Shown: positions 1-22,897, counted from the stretch's first letter. The stretch is 64,000 nt of DNA from Vicugna vicugna (GCA_013265495.1 MU058824.1:4677111-4741110), one strand, 5' to 3'. Numbers and translations are program-made. The notes: a model not told the origin generated them from the sequence alone.

Positions 1-605
1 ATTGAGAGGACTCAGAGGAGGTCAGGAATTACGTGAGAAAGGAAAAAAATAATTATTCATGAAATTCTAGCCCTAATCACCCCCTAAGAAAGATGGGTCC
101 AGAAAAAGTTCCTTGGTTTTACTGAGCAGAGATAACGAAAGGGTAGGGGAATTGGGGGAAGAGGAGCCACCCAAGAATCCTCCAAGGAGGATGCTCAGAG
201 GCGGTGGTCAAAGAGCATGGAGGAGTAAGGCTCAGAGAGGAGGGGGAAAGATGCTTCTGAGGAGGAAGGGAAAAGAGAAGGGAGGGGGAACGTTAGAGAC
301 TCTTAGGGAAAGAGATTAAATGAGGGATTTTTTTAAAGTTTTGCTTAGATATGGAGATGAGATATAACCTTCATCTTCTACCCCTTCTAAGAAACTTCCA
401 ACAAAGACTGACATTACTCATATGGGCTTTGGAGGCTGGGTTTGTGGGATTTTTTTTTTTTCCCTAATTGTGACAACATGTAAGACTGGCCTCCAGACAG
501 ATCAAGAGCCCAGTTACACATGCTTTTACCATGTTTAAAGTGACCATAAGATTGCTGGAGCAGCCAAAAGACAGCCAGGGGACAATGTACTGACTCCCAG
601 AGTTT

Positions 606-813
606 AGAGCTGCACCAACACAAGAGCCACTTACCTCATCTGGTTATTTACATTTAAATTAGCTAAAGTTAACTAAAATTTAAAATTCCACTCCTCAGTC
701 ACACGAGCCACATTTCAAGTGCTCAATAGCCACATGTGTCTAGTGGCTACTGATTAGACGGGACAGGCAGGGAGCATTTCTATCATCACAGCAATTTCTT
801 TTGGACAGTGCTG
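606..813 (-). mobile_element. MER3-like hAT-Charlie non-autonomous DNA transposon
   Basis: Contains CTCAGTCACACGAGCCACATTTCAAGTGCTCAATAGCCACATGTGTCTAGTGGCTAC and ends TTTTGGACAGTGCTG; about 208 bp, matching the recalled reverse complement of the MER3 consensus. Confidence 0.8.
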
Positions 814-3659
814 GAGTAAAAAAAAAAAAACTTAGGTAAATAGCTAACAAAAAACAAACGCTTTTTCAAATCTTCAAAGAGCTGCCACATTGAAAAACAA
901 GTAGATTTCTCCCATATTGTTTCAAAGAGCAGAACTAAGGGGAAAAATGAGATGCTATAGCTAGGCAGATTTCAGCTGAACAACCCTCTAGTACCTAAAG
1001 TCAGATAACAGTAGAAGGGGCAGCCTCCACTGCATGTGGCAGAAATCCCTTCCATCCAGGAGAGACAGTCAAGCAAAGACCCACTTGACCATCTTTCAGA
1101 GATCATGAAGAACTAGATGTCTTTTCAGTATCTAGTTCTGAGTCTACAATTAAAAAAAAAAGAGCAATTTACAAATGAGCTAAAAGTGAATCATAAATAG
1201 AATTTTAAGTCTATCACCACAAAGAGACTGTAGAGCAGGCAGGAAAAATTAAAGTGTGTGAGTATATACGGAATTCAGTAAAAATTAATGGTGGTTAGTT
1301 GAGGGTTAATTATTAGTGGTGGGGGCAACTGTGAGTGCAGCAATTTGTAAGCAGAAAAAAAATTTTTTTAAGAAAAATTGGGTAAGAATGATTCCAATGG
1401 TGCAGAGACAAGGTAGGAAAACTTCAATATGGGCTATCAATGAAAACTTCACTATAGTTGAAATCAGCACTATAACCATAAAATCTTTTATATTCTTTGC
1501 CAGAGAAAATACTGTCTGGGTATAGTAACTGTATGTTCTTGGGACTCTGGCCCCTCCAACCCATCCTCCTGCCATTCACCACAGTGCTACAAGTCATCTC
1601 TCTCAACTCCTGAAACTCAGCCTTCTTCATGAGGTTTCCTTAACTCGGCAGGAATAACTCTGTCCTCTCATCCTTCTCGTCTGGATACAGAAAGCCAGAG
1701 GATATTGTCTCTTAACCTTCCATCCTAGCTATGAATTTAACCATCTTCACCTTCCACCTCAAAATGTACCTGGCTTGATTATAATATATTGAATATATAT
1801 TCATATATTGACTTATGGTTCGATTATCTGTGCACTTTCGTGTGTAGGTGTACATGAGAACATTCATACATACACACGTGATGACATCTATTGTTGGTAA
1901 GCATTTAGGAATCTGGCACCAGGATTATGAAATGCACTACAGAATGCCTAGCACAACACCAAGCTTAAGTGGTCACTCAATGGACTTGACAATAATGGCT
2001 ATATCACGCTTCTGGATGCAAAATGTTGGAAGAAGAGACTGAAGTAGATGTGAAAACTTTGAAAACTTTTTTTATTGCGGGAAAAATAATGGAAACATAA
2101 GCATGTTTTGCTCCATCTAGAGGAAAAATGTTTAATCACAAGGTGAAAGCTGAAGCTTGGTGAGAGCAAGCATAATAGAGTTTACAAACAGTCCAGAATA
2201 AGAAAAAGGTAATAGAAGAATGAGGAAGATAGAAGTGGATTGTGCAGAATAAATAAAGCCTAACCTTTAAAAAATATGAGGTCTTACCAAACAGAAAGGA
2301 AGAAAAAGAGAAGATTTAAACAAGAGAGTGTTAAAGAAGGAAAAGAGCCAGAAAGGGCTGAAGGGTTTTTTTTTTTTTTAAATCAGTGAAGAAGTAGTGG
2401 TATATGTTGGCAAAGTGAAGTGTAGAGTTGAGGGGAGGGAGAGAATTTATAGTATAGGAAGTTGGTGTGAAGTTTTCCTCTAAAGATGCCCAGCTGAGCA
2501 AAGAAGGAATGAATGCAAAGGCCACTGGGAATAAGATAGGGCTGGGGCTGAAACAGCATATGAGAAAGCACAAGGGCCCAAAGTAGGAAATTATTTTCTC
2601 TTTAAAAAATTAACTGACCCAGATTTTCTTGTTTGGGGCAAAGGCAAATGCAAAGTTTAAGGATCTTTAAAGTGAATTGTAACAATCCTCATTCTTGCAA
2701 TTGCCTTTGGCCCAAAATAATGAATTTAAAAGCTGACAGAATCAGTGTCAGTTTCTGAGACAAGTACCAAATACCACTGTAGAATTAATTTTAGAAGAGA
2801 AATCAGACTAACAAATTGCTATGTTTATAGAAATACTGTCGTGAAAAACAGCTTTAGCTGTCTCTTTCTATCAGCCACAGAGTAAATATAGAAACTTTAT
2901 AGTTACATACATGTCCACAGAAGATAATAAGTACCTAAACTAAAAAATAAGTACCACTAACATAGTGGTAAAGCTTAAGTTACTCACTTGTCTTTGTATA
3001 TTATAGCCCAATACCCCCATCCCCAAAAATGTTTTACTTGATTTAGGATACACAGTGCAAGTTAAAGGGCAGCAAAGAAAAGAAGATAATTAAAAAAAAA
3101 AAAAAAAAAAACCACAAGGTGATGATGAGGAAAAGTAGAACTGTAGAACCAAGGCATTAACAACACAGAATTCCCCTATATCAGCGAGGGGAAAACAGCG
3201 CAAAAGCAAGACAAAGGAAAACACTCAATTCATATGTAACGGGTCTTGATAGCCTCACTTGGGGTTTTAAATCAAATATTGAATCAGATTTTTCAACTTT
3301 TCTATTTTTTAAAATTCAACAAAATTACTGAAGTTGTTTGATAAATGTAGTCATACAATTTTAAGTGACTAAAAACCAGATCAAAGCCTAATCCTTTGGC
3401 AAAGACCGAATGGCAGGCAGCATTGCGAGACCCAGGTATCCTTGCCTTTAAGCTCCTCACTACTCTTCCCGCTTAGAAACCACACCTGCGAGGCCAAATC
3501 CGAATTTATCGCTCGGCATTCAAAGCCTTTAGTGACCTAGCCACAACTGTACCCAAGGAGCCCTAAGGCCCCGCTGCTTCCTAACCTACCCCTCACTCTG
3601 CCAGCGCACTGGCCTCTGGACAGACCTTATCTCTGGGGACTGGCCATTTTCCCCTTCCT

Positions 3660-4340
3660 ACCTCGGTGTGAGTCTCCTTCCACCTAAGGCTCTGGCTCGC
3701 CCAGGCCTACCCTGGCGCAGGGCCACGGGCCGGCACTCCAGCCAACCGCGCTCTCGCTCCGTTGCCCTGCACTCCTTCCTCCCGTTTCTGGGCCTCTCAA
3801 CCCGACTCTCGACTCTCGGCTTTGCCCCACCCCTCTCCCTTCGACCCGCGTTGCCCCGCGGCTCGCCAGGATGCAGTCACAAGCTCTGCGGTCCGCGTCT
3901 ATAAGGCGTTTCCCCCGGGGCGAAACCTGGACCCGACCCCTCAGAGGCCCCTTCCCTCAACGCTCTCGGGCGTTTCCACGACCCTTCCCGGGCTACCCGC
4001 GCCTGGCCGCCCCTCGGGGCTCTGGCCCCCAAATCTCCCCGCCGCTGCCGCCGGTCCCGCCTATCCGGCCCCGGCGGCGGGCGGGGGTCGGCGGTGACTC
4101 ACCGGAGGGCCGGCGGCTGGGGGGTCGGAATGCTCTCACTTCCTCCCCGTCCTGTCCGTGCGCACCTGCCTGGCGCGCTTGGAGCGCCGCCCAGCCGGGC
4201 CTCCGGCGGATGTTTTTCTGTCCCCGCGTGGGCAGCGCGTGCCAGCCGCCCCCTCCCACCCCCCGCCCCAACCGCCGCGCCCCCCACAACTGGCATCCCC
4301 AACGGCGGTGCCCTAGGCATCAAGGAGTAGGGCCCTGACC
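3660..4340. promoter_or_regulatory. CpG island not at the start of any coding gene in the window
   Basis: Abrupt GC/CpG-rich segment inside AT-rich flanks, with GC boxes and a palindromic AP-1 site GGTGACTCACC (TGACTCA at 4095-4101). Confidence 0.75.
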
Positions 4341-5769
4341 ACTGACACCCTCGACCACCCCATGCACACACGTACACACACAGCAACCACAACAGTGGCC
4401 TCCGGGCCCAGTAAGTTACACAGATGCACACAGGAGCGTGTACGCCGGCAAGCTTGCAAGAAGCGAGCTCAACCAACAGCTCCTTGCCGCCCACCCCCAC
4501 CAACTTCTGGGAGAGGGCTCCTGAGTCCACCCTATCCTTCCTTTCCAGAAGGCCCCTACTCCTACCCCAGTGTGCACACCTCATCTTCATTACAGGCGGC
4601 TCGCAATTCTCTCGTCCCGTGACCTTACGCACACCAATCCCCACCGGGCCCCTCTGCCTACAGCATCACCACCACCACCTTCAAGCTCTCTAGCTCCCTA
4701 CTCTTGTCTCCCTACTCCCTACTCCAGGTTGCAGGAGCAGAAAGTAGTCTATGGTCCAGACATCAGGGTGTCAGCTGGTGCTTCCATAAAAGCAGCAGCA
4801 GAGCTAGTGACCACTGACAAGACTTTTGGGTCCGTATGCTGGTCAGATGTTCTAACTCACCTGCTCCAGCCAAGAAAGCAGTCCAAGGCCATGCCCCCGC
4901 CCACACCAACCTACATCAGGGCACCCTGCTCCCTCCATGAGTTTTCTTTTTCCTCTTGGTGCTCCTCTGAAATGGAAAGGGTATCAGACCTGACTAGATT
5001 GGAGGTGCAGTAGAGTTTGCATCTCCAGCCACTTGAACTGTCTTCTTGGAAGAGGACAGATGGAGAGTTTCAGGTGGACTGATGAAGCTCTTTAGGAATG
5101 GTGAGGAAATGAGAGAAAGCGTAGTCCTCTAAAAAAGTCAGCCAGAAGTAGTTGTATCTGATCCACAGGGTGACCAGGAGTGGTAATCTTGGAGTAAATG
5201 GAACTGGAGACTTAGAAGTAAAAATAGAATAAATGCAAAAGTGGCCCTGTGAGTAGGAGCAGAACAGCTGCAACAGGGGTCTTTAGAATGTGGAAAAGTG
5301 GGAGAAAGCCAGTTTGCCAGGGGCAATTAGTACCAAAGAGATGGCCAGCATCAGACTGGTCAGGAGACCTTGAGAGTTCACGAGTGGAGATGGGAAGAAA
5401 TGGATCAGAATCCTAATGAGAAAAAGCAGAAGTCCTAAGGTTAGCTGGAGGATGATAAAATGATATCTCTTCCCAGGGTAGAAGTGAGGGTGCTGACCTA
5501 GGGAAAGTCAGCAACAATTCTCAAAGCAGACATTTAGAATTTCAAGGATACAAGGACCAAAACCAAAATGTTCCTGGAGGTAGTTTTTGACGGAGGTGGT
5601 AGGGATGACATGGAGCATAAGTATGAAGGGGGCAGAAGTCTGTGCCAGGAGATAGCAGCCCCAATAGAAGCCCTCAGCTGTGCACACAGAGCATCATTCA
5701 AAGAAAGAAACATCTACTCATTTTGTCTCTGAGCTTCAGCACCAACCACACTAGTCACTCTTTTCTGAG

Positions 5770-5980
5770 GGCTGAGTGCCAGGGACTGTGCTAAGAACAT
5801 CACATTCATTATCTCATTTAATCCTCTTGACAACTGTATGAGTTAGTGTTACTATTCCAATTTATAGATAAGGAAACAGGTTCAGAGGTAAACTAACTTG
5901 CCCAAGGTCACACAGCTTTTAAGTGGAGTCAGGATCTGAATCCAAGTAATCTTGACTCTACAACCTATACTCTTAATCAC
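5770..5980 (-). mobile_element. MIR SINE
   Basis: Typical MIR core: ATCTCATTTAATCCTC...TTTATAGATAAGGAAACAGGTTCAGAGG...AACTTGCCCAAGGTCACACAGC. Confidence 0.85.
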
Positions 5981-6344
5981 CCATCTGGGGTTTCTCCAGA
6001 ACCTATAGAAAACCTCAAAGAGGATGTCAAAGGATATGTTCCTAAATTCTCATTCTCTAGGGCATTTAGAGATGTTCTTCTTTGAAAGAATCATCCCCAG
6101 ATATATCTTATATCTGCTGTATGTTTGTGGTGATGAACAATGGATAATCTATTTCTGAGATGTCTGTAAAAAAGAGACCCCTGCCCCACTCCCTCCAATC
6201 TCTGAGGGGCAGTCATGTCTCTAGGATACTTCAAGCAGACCCTGCGCTAGGGTCTAAGAGAAACATTCTCCACTCCAGGTGCCTGTTCGCTCTCCTGGAG
6301 CCTCTGGCTGTCGCACCCTACTGCATCTCCTTGGTTTGGCTGGG

Positions 6345-6534
6345 NNNNNNNNNNNNNNNNNNNNNNNNNNNNNNNNNNNNNNNNNNNNNNNNNNNNNNNN
6401 NNNNNNNNNNNNNNNNNNNNNNNNNNNNNNNNNNNNNNNNNNNNNNNNNNNNNNNNNNNNNNNNNNNNNNNNNNNNNNNNNNNNNNNNNNNNNNNNNNNN
6501 NNNNNNNNNNNNNNNNNNNNNNNNNNNNNNNNNN
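6345..6534. other. N block (190 bp), upstream of the MSMP CDS
   Basis: Run of N directly visible. Confidence 1.
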
Positions 6535-6794
6535 TGGTGGAATGCTTCCTTCTCTCCAGGTCAGGGAAGAGCTCTGGGGACCACCTGGGGGCCCTCACCC
6601 CTCCTACCTCCTTGCTGGGGAAGTGCCCAGTCCAGTGCCCCTTCCATGACCACCCCCCCTCCCTAGCTGTGTGGGGGCATGAATCAGCTCTCACAGCTTG
6701 TTAAAGCTAGACCTCTTGTTTTCATGCCCTCACCTCAGGAAACAGAGTTACAGCTTTTCCAGCTCCACTCAGCAGGGGGCCAGGGTCCTCACTT

Positions 6795-6800
6795 TATAAA
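6795..6800 (+). promoter_or_regulatory. Candidate TATA box of MSMP
   Basis: TATAAA about 170 bp upstream of the MSMP ATG, which would give a ~145-nt 5'UTR. Confidence 0.45.
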
Positions 6801-6969
6801 CATCCCCAAGACTGCGAGAGCAGAGGGCACGGAGATGGTGTGAGACAGGAGCCCAGGAGAGAAAGACAGAAGCTAAGATTCAAGGCGAGAAACAAAGAAA
6901 AGCCAAGGAGACAAGACCAGAGGAGCCTGAAAAGAAGCCAAGAAGGGTCTGAAAGGCTGCACCCTAAGG

Positions 6970-7940
6970 ATGCTCTGGGCTGGACAGACTAAGGGGATAC
7001 TGGGCGGCTGGGGGATCATCTGCTTGGTGATGTCTCTGCTCCTCCAGCACCCAGGAGTCCACAGCAAGTGCTACTTCCAAGCTCAAGGTAAAGCTGGGTG
7101 AGGCATTAGGGAAGGACAAGGAGCAGAGGGCACTGGGAGGAGGGAGGCTCAAAGACAATCCTATGTCAGAAAACCCAGCCCCCTCCAGCTGGGAAGCAGG
7201 AGAGACTAAATGTGGGAGCAGTGTGCACTTATTCCCTCCCACTCCAACACACTAACATTTTCTCTTCTTCCCTAGCTCCCTGCCACTATGAAGGTAAATA
7301 TTTCACCCTGGGTGAATCTTGGCTCCGCAAGGACTGTTTCCATTGCACCTGTCTGCATCCCGTCGGTGTGGGCTGCTGTGACACGTGAGTGACCAAAGAT
7401 GGCCAGAGAGGATGGCTCTGACAGAGTGGCTGAGAGCTGGCCAGCAAGTAACTAGATTGCTGTGATGTGAGAGTGAACAGAATAGCAGTATGAGGCTGGC
7501 CGAACCAGAAGGTACCAACAAGAATGTGAGAGAGAAGGCTTCAGGCTACAAAGTGAAGGAAGAAGGGGTGGATCTAGAGGGAAAATATTCCTGCTATGAA
7601 ACGAAAAAAATCCATCTATGGTAGGCAAGTGCTCAGCTAGGGGGAAAAGGGGGCACTAGGGGAAGATGTGGGAGGAATGCCAGTAGAGGGGGGATGTGGG
7701 GCAGGGATAAAGGTGGATCTTCACTGTTCTGACTTCTTCCTCATCCTTTGGTTCCCCAGGTCCCAGCATCCTATCGACTTCCCAGCTGGGTGTGAGGTCC
7801 GTCAGGAGGCAGGAACCTGCCAGTTCTCCCTGGTACAGAAATCTGACCCCCGGCTGCCCTGCAAAGGGGGAGGGCCCGGCCCAGAGTGGGGCTCAGCTAA
7901 CACCCCTGTTCCTGCGGCTCCTGCTCCCCACTCCAGCTAA
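6970..7940 (+). CDS. MSMP: Prostate-associated microseminoprotein (PSMP), 135 aa
   Basis: Exons 6970-7087, 7276-7384, 7760-7940 with GT-AG borders (408 nt). Translates [135 protein letters not shown]: a signal peptide plus the Cys-rich MSMB-family domain. Confidence 0.95.
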
Positions 7941-8013
7941 ACTCAACTGATCCCCCTTCTGCTGACTGCCCACTACTGCTGCCACTTCCAGGGAAACCAC
8001 TAGCAGCTGCCAA

Positions 8014-8028
8014 TTTATTCTGAATAAA
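8014..8028. terminator. Back-to-back poly(A) signals: AATAAA on - (RGP1, 8014-8019) and on + (MSMP, 8023-8028)
   Basis: Sequence TTTATTCTGAATAAA lies between the two stop codons (7940 and 8169). Confidence 0.8.
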
Positions 8029-8168
8029 TAAGTTAATGCTACAGCTGAAAGCCTGCCTCTCATTGTCTATGACATTGGACCCCAGGTGGAAAAAAAAATG
8101 GGCCCTACTGGAGTCCAGGTGCTGAGTTCTCAGTATCCTGAAGAAAGCAGTGCCACGGTGGGCCAGTT

Positions 8169-11100
8169 TCAGATGGTTATGGTGCTGGTGCTGGGCCCTG
8201 GGGCTGCATACGAGGCCAGGGTAGGGCTTGTAGGCAGCACCTTGATGGGGAGGTCCCAGCTGAAGGTGTCTACAGGCACTTGCTCAGGCCCTGTCCAAGT
8301 GACAGGCTCAGGCTGTTCCATGGGAGGTAGGAGCACCAAACCTGGTTCTCGGGATGTTACAAATTCAAAATGTAAACGCCACTTCAGGGATACTGTGGAA
8401 AAAAGGATAAAGGCAGAGTTAGAAGCATTAGAATCCAGGAGTAAAAGCTAATGTGGTTAGTAAATGAAAAAACAAACAAACAAACAAAAACTTGTATTCA
8501 GAAAGAAGGGGAGAGGTCATGGGGCAGAGCTAGGAACAACGGTTTCTCTGAAGAAATTTAGTGTGCTAATGGGAAATATGACGGTAAGATAGCAGCAGCA
8601 AACGCCTAATAACCCAAGTGTGGGACAGTCAAGACTTGGTAGCTTGAAGTAAACAAGCTCGGGAATCGGAGATCAGTGCATCATACTGTCCCAGTGGAGG
8701 GGGTAGGCAAGATCTGCAAAGCTGTTAAAGAGTGTGGGTGTCAGTGCACCTAGGAAACAGGCTGAAGGTCTGAGAGAATGTTAAGGGTCGGGGGCCTGGT
8801 GTGGGTATGTCTAGAGTGTGTTAGGAATCAGAGTCCATTATTATACTCTACCTAAACACAGCATTTCACTCCCCTCAACCCCACCCCAAGTAATGGTCAG
8901 GGGCTCACCAACGGCTGTGCAGAAGCCTGGGGTGGAGCTGAGAGGGATGGGGAGGGAGAAGCTGGTTCTGGTTGTATGGAGGCAGGACTCCTGGTGCCGG
9001 GCATGAGTGACATGAGACACAGAGGGGGCACCCCCTGCCCCGCGGCGCCGCTGGTACTCAGGCTGTACATGCTCCTCGGTCTGTAAGCTTACTGAAAACT
9101 GGGAGAGAAATATGTGTTAGCAGGCACTGGGAAGTACTGACTCCAGGTGAGAGGGCACCCCAACATCAAAGCTGGCTTACCAGAGGGACTCCAGGGGACC
9201 CCATTACCCACTTCTACATCCCAGCCCTCTTTATGCAGGCCCTCTCCTTCCACCCTAGTCCTTCAGGCCTCATTCCTCAAAAGCCCCTCTCCCTTCTTAC
9301 CTGCAAACAAGCTACAGTTCCTTCCCCTAAGTTTAAGGTCCCCACCACATCCTCGCCGAGTCTGTATACAGATTTGAAGATGCCAAATGTCCCAACTTTT
9401 CCTCGGCCATCACTGATATTATACAGATCTGGGGAGAATGGGACACGGTTAGCCTGGAGTCCACGCTGGGGAATGTCTTAGGCTAGAAGACATAGGCCAA
9501 AAGGTGGGGCTTTTCTTTTCAATCTGGGGTGAGATATCGGTAGATCCTCTGAAGTACATATCAGTTAGGAGAATCTGTCTCCAAGACAGGAATACTGTGA
9601 GGGAAGGATGGGGAGGGGCAATTCTGAAAAGATTCTCACGGAGGCTGCGGCATGATGTGGCAGCCATGAGGCGCTCCCCGGCGAGCTCAGCAAGCCATGA
9701 ATCCTTCTTCCCACCTTCATCCTCCTCCAAGAATGGACTGGATGGGGCTACAGCCTCATCCTGGGGAAACCGGACATCTTGAAGGCCTAGAAAGAGAATG
9801 AGTGGAGAGGTAGTGAGAGGGAACAGAAAAAAGAGTAGAGATTAGGGTTTTAGACTCCCACCTAAGAGGGCTGAAATGGTAAGGGAAGCCATGGCCGAGG
9901 TATACATCTCATCTATTCTCCAGAACCCTCTCTCCCCAACTCCCTCACACCTTCACTAAGACCAGGAAGCTTCCCTCCAGCCCTTCACTAGCCCTCTAAA
10001 GGTCATTTCTGCTTGGGGGAGGCTCTTCCCCTGCCCTTCGTTCCCAGAACCCTTACTTACCAGTCAGCACAAGAACCCTCAGAGGGACCCTGAGTAAAGN
10101 NNNNNNNNNNNNNNNNNNNNNNNNNNNNNNNNNNNNNNNNNNNNNNNNNNNNNNNNNNNNNNNNNNNNNNNNNNNNNNNNNNNNNNNNNNNNNNNNNNNN
10201 NNNNNNNNNNNNNNNNNNNNNNNNNNNNNNNNNNNNNNNAGAAGCAGCCAGAGAAGTCCTCCCTCCAGGAGCCTTAGAAGGCAATCCAGGGGTCAGGAGC
10301 AGTCACTCACATGATTTGGACTCTCCAGGGTCTAGCCTCAGGTCACAGAACAGGATTTTTGGTGGAGTAGAAAGGATACACTGACCCCTCTCACCTGAAA
10401 AAGATAAGAAAGACTGCAATTTAATGATCCCATTGTCTAGTACTGGAGTAGGCTGGCACAGCTAGTGGGGGCAGTAAGCACTGCCAACAAAGGGCAACCC
10501 AAACTAAGCTACTCATCTTTTTTTATTGTGAGATAGGAACAGTTTTATGCCACTAAAGCAACAATTACACTCCCCCACATCCCCAGTGGGACAGAGATCA
10601 TAACGACCCTCCAGAACAATTTGACAACTTCACCCTTGGCTAGCAATGATTCCAAACCCCTCCAAATGCCCCATTTCTAACCTCGGTGTGGTAGAAAGAC
10701 AGTCTGGCTCTCAGGCTGGACATCTGGCTGACTGGAGTCTGGGGGAGGCAGTGCTACTCGACTCTCACTGGCATGGAACTGGCAGTGGATTTGGGCACTG
10801 GCCCAGGCCAGAGCCTCGCTATGAGAGGAGGAAAAGCGGACATCAGAGGAGAGTTCCTGACTTCACAAATGCTCTCCCATACACTCACCACACTGTCTGA
10901 GAAGACCAACACAGTGAGGTGGCGGTCTTCGGGATCAGAGAATCCAGAACCCCAAAACAAACCATTAAACAAAGATACATATCCTGTGGGTAAAAGGCAG
11001 AATGGGGGAGGAGAGAGGAAAGGAGAGTAGGGGGCTATGTCACCCACATTTGTTAAATAGCCCTTTCCTACAATGAGAGCACAATGAGCAAGAAAGTGGT

Positions 11101-11311
11101 GATGTAGCCACAGGACAATCTGAGCTCTGGCTCAGCACTATAAACACCAGGCTTCCTCCCAGAAGGACCATCTTTTTCAGTACCAGCATTCCCACCTTGA
11201 TGCAGAAGTGGCAGTGGGAGGCAGGGGGTTGGTGACGGTCACCACACACTCCAGCGCCTCCCCCGCCAGAAACACAGGACCTCTGCTCAGCTCCGCTACC
11301 ACTTCAATCAT
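8169..11311 (-). CDS. RGP1: RGP1 homolog, RAB6A GEF complex partner 1 (391 aa)
   Basis: Coding exons (minus strand) 11311-11196, 10818-10682, 10394-10311, ~10210-10061 (start hidden in the N block, 150 bp assumed from the orthologue), 9786-9640, 9428-9301, 9098-8909, 8392-8169; total 1176 nt. Starts [32 protein letters not shown] and ends GPSTSTITI*. An acceptor at 11331-11332 precedes a short 5'UTR, implying a non-coding first exon in the CpG island. Confidence 0.95.
10100..10239. other. N block (140 bp) covering the acceptor and most of RGP1 coding exon 4
   Basis: Run of N directly visible; the visible flank encodes ...[12 protein letters not shown]. Confidence 1.
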
Positions 11312-11379
11312 GGCAGCTCCGGAATCGGATCTAGAAGGAAACAGGTGTCAGAGGTCAGTACCACGGCAGGGAGGGGTGT

Positions 11380-12260
11380 CTCAGGCGAGCCTAGGGGTGA
11401 AGACCGAAGAAATGGGCGGTCAGAACCCCGGTGTCAAAGGAAAGCGTCCAGATTTGGGGCGCGGGAAGGCGGAAGGGAGGTATGGTGACAGCTGACTCGG
11501 TACTGCCTAGGTGGAGGGCGTAGCACCGGGGCCCAGCCCCCCGCCCCTCCAAGCGCCGGGTCATTCCCCCTAAACCCGCCGGAACCCCCCGGTCGCCTCC
11601 GCCCCGCTTCCCTCAAGGTTCCACGTCCCAGTCCAGGGTCACAGCCGCCCGTCACTTCGCTCCCCAGCCCGGACACCTCGCACGGTCGAAATCTGGGGGC
11701 TCGGTGCACCGAGGCCCTCCGCCGCCCGCCCCTCCGGGCCCGGGATAAGTGCGTGGCTGCGGCCGCGGCAGAGGCGGGACTTCCCTCGGCCCCCCTTCTT
11801 CAAGCCCCTTCCGACCGGAAGCGCCCGGCCGGCTGGGCCGGAAGGGGCTCGAGTGGTGCCGCCGCCCTGGGTCACCTTCCCACGGGCCGGCACCCGGGTG
11901 CGGGGCCTGCCCCGGACACCGCCCGACGGGACCCTGGGGGGCCTGGCGCCGCGGCCGGGGGACGGGGCCGAGGCTGCCGCCAACTGCCAGGCTGGTCCTG
12001 GGGGCGGTGCCTGGCGGGCTGGTCCTGGGGACTCCTCCCCTCTCTGCGGGCCCAGTCGCCCTTTGCCTGGGCCAGCTAATCACCACGGCCCAATGACGAC
12101 GAGGCCCGATCCTTCCCGCCCAGAACCCAAAGAGAACACCGAGGGGGAGCTCCTGGCAGCTTCATTGCTGTCGCCACCGCCGCAGCAGCAACAGCTTCCC
12201 GGATCCACGGAGACACCAGCTCACCTCCCCTTTCCCCAGCGGCCGGCCCTCCGAGACGGC
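11380..12260. promoter_or_regulatory. CpG-island bidirectional promoter RGP1/GBA2
   Basis: CpG-rich segment between divergent start codons (11311 on -, 12368 on +), with ETS/GABP-type CCGGAAG motifs (about 11815 and 11838), GC boxes and a CCAAT near 12090. Confidence 0.85.
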
Positions 12261-12367
12261 ACCTAACAACAGTCTCCTGCATCCGGGCTTGGCTGACCAG
12301 ATACTTTGCACCAGAAAGCTCCGGACCCGAAACTATCGAGGTCGTGGGGACCCAAGATCCACGGAGC

Positions 12368-22705
<10,338 letters not shown>

Positions 22706-22897
22706 GCCCTCTGAACTGTGGGAAGGAGGTGCTAACAAACAGCCCAGCCTCCAGCCCGGCCTTTCCTCCTCCACCACCCCTACCCCACACAGTCTCCTGC
22801 AGCCCTGAGCCACCAGGACAATCATGCCTTCCCTTCTCCCCACCCAAAGGCGCCAGCAGAGAGGGGTTGAGGGTACCCCAAGCATCAGAATCACTTA

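Noticed and set aside
1306-1575. Hydrophobic 89-aa minus-strand ORF, possibly an olfactory-receptor fragment
   Set aside because: No GPCR/OR motifs (GN, MAYDRY, CxSH, PxxNP). The hydrophobicity follows from T-rich composition.
3119-3200. GTGATGA box-C-like motif suggesting a C/D snoRNA
   Set aside because: No downstream CTGA box D or terminal stem, and it is not in an intron of a known host.
3668-4693. Cluster of overlapping Pro/Arg/Ala-rich ORFs in the CpG island (also at 11639-12266, 26270-27488 and 62518-63354)
   Set aside because: High GC suppresses stop codons in all frames; there is no recognisable domain.
6160-6704. ORFs spanning the first N block
   Set aside because: They stay open only because N codons cannot be stops.
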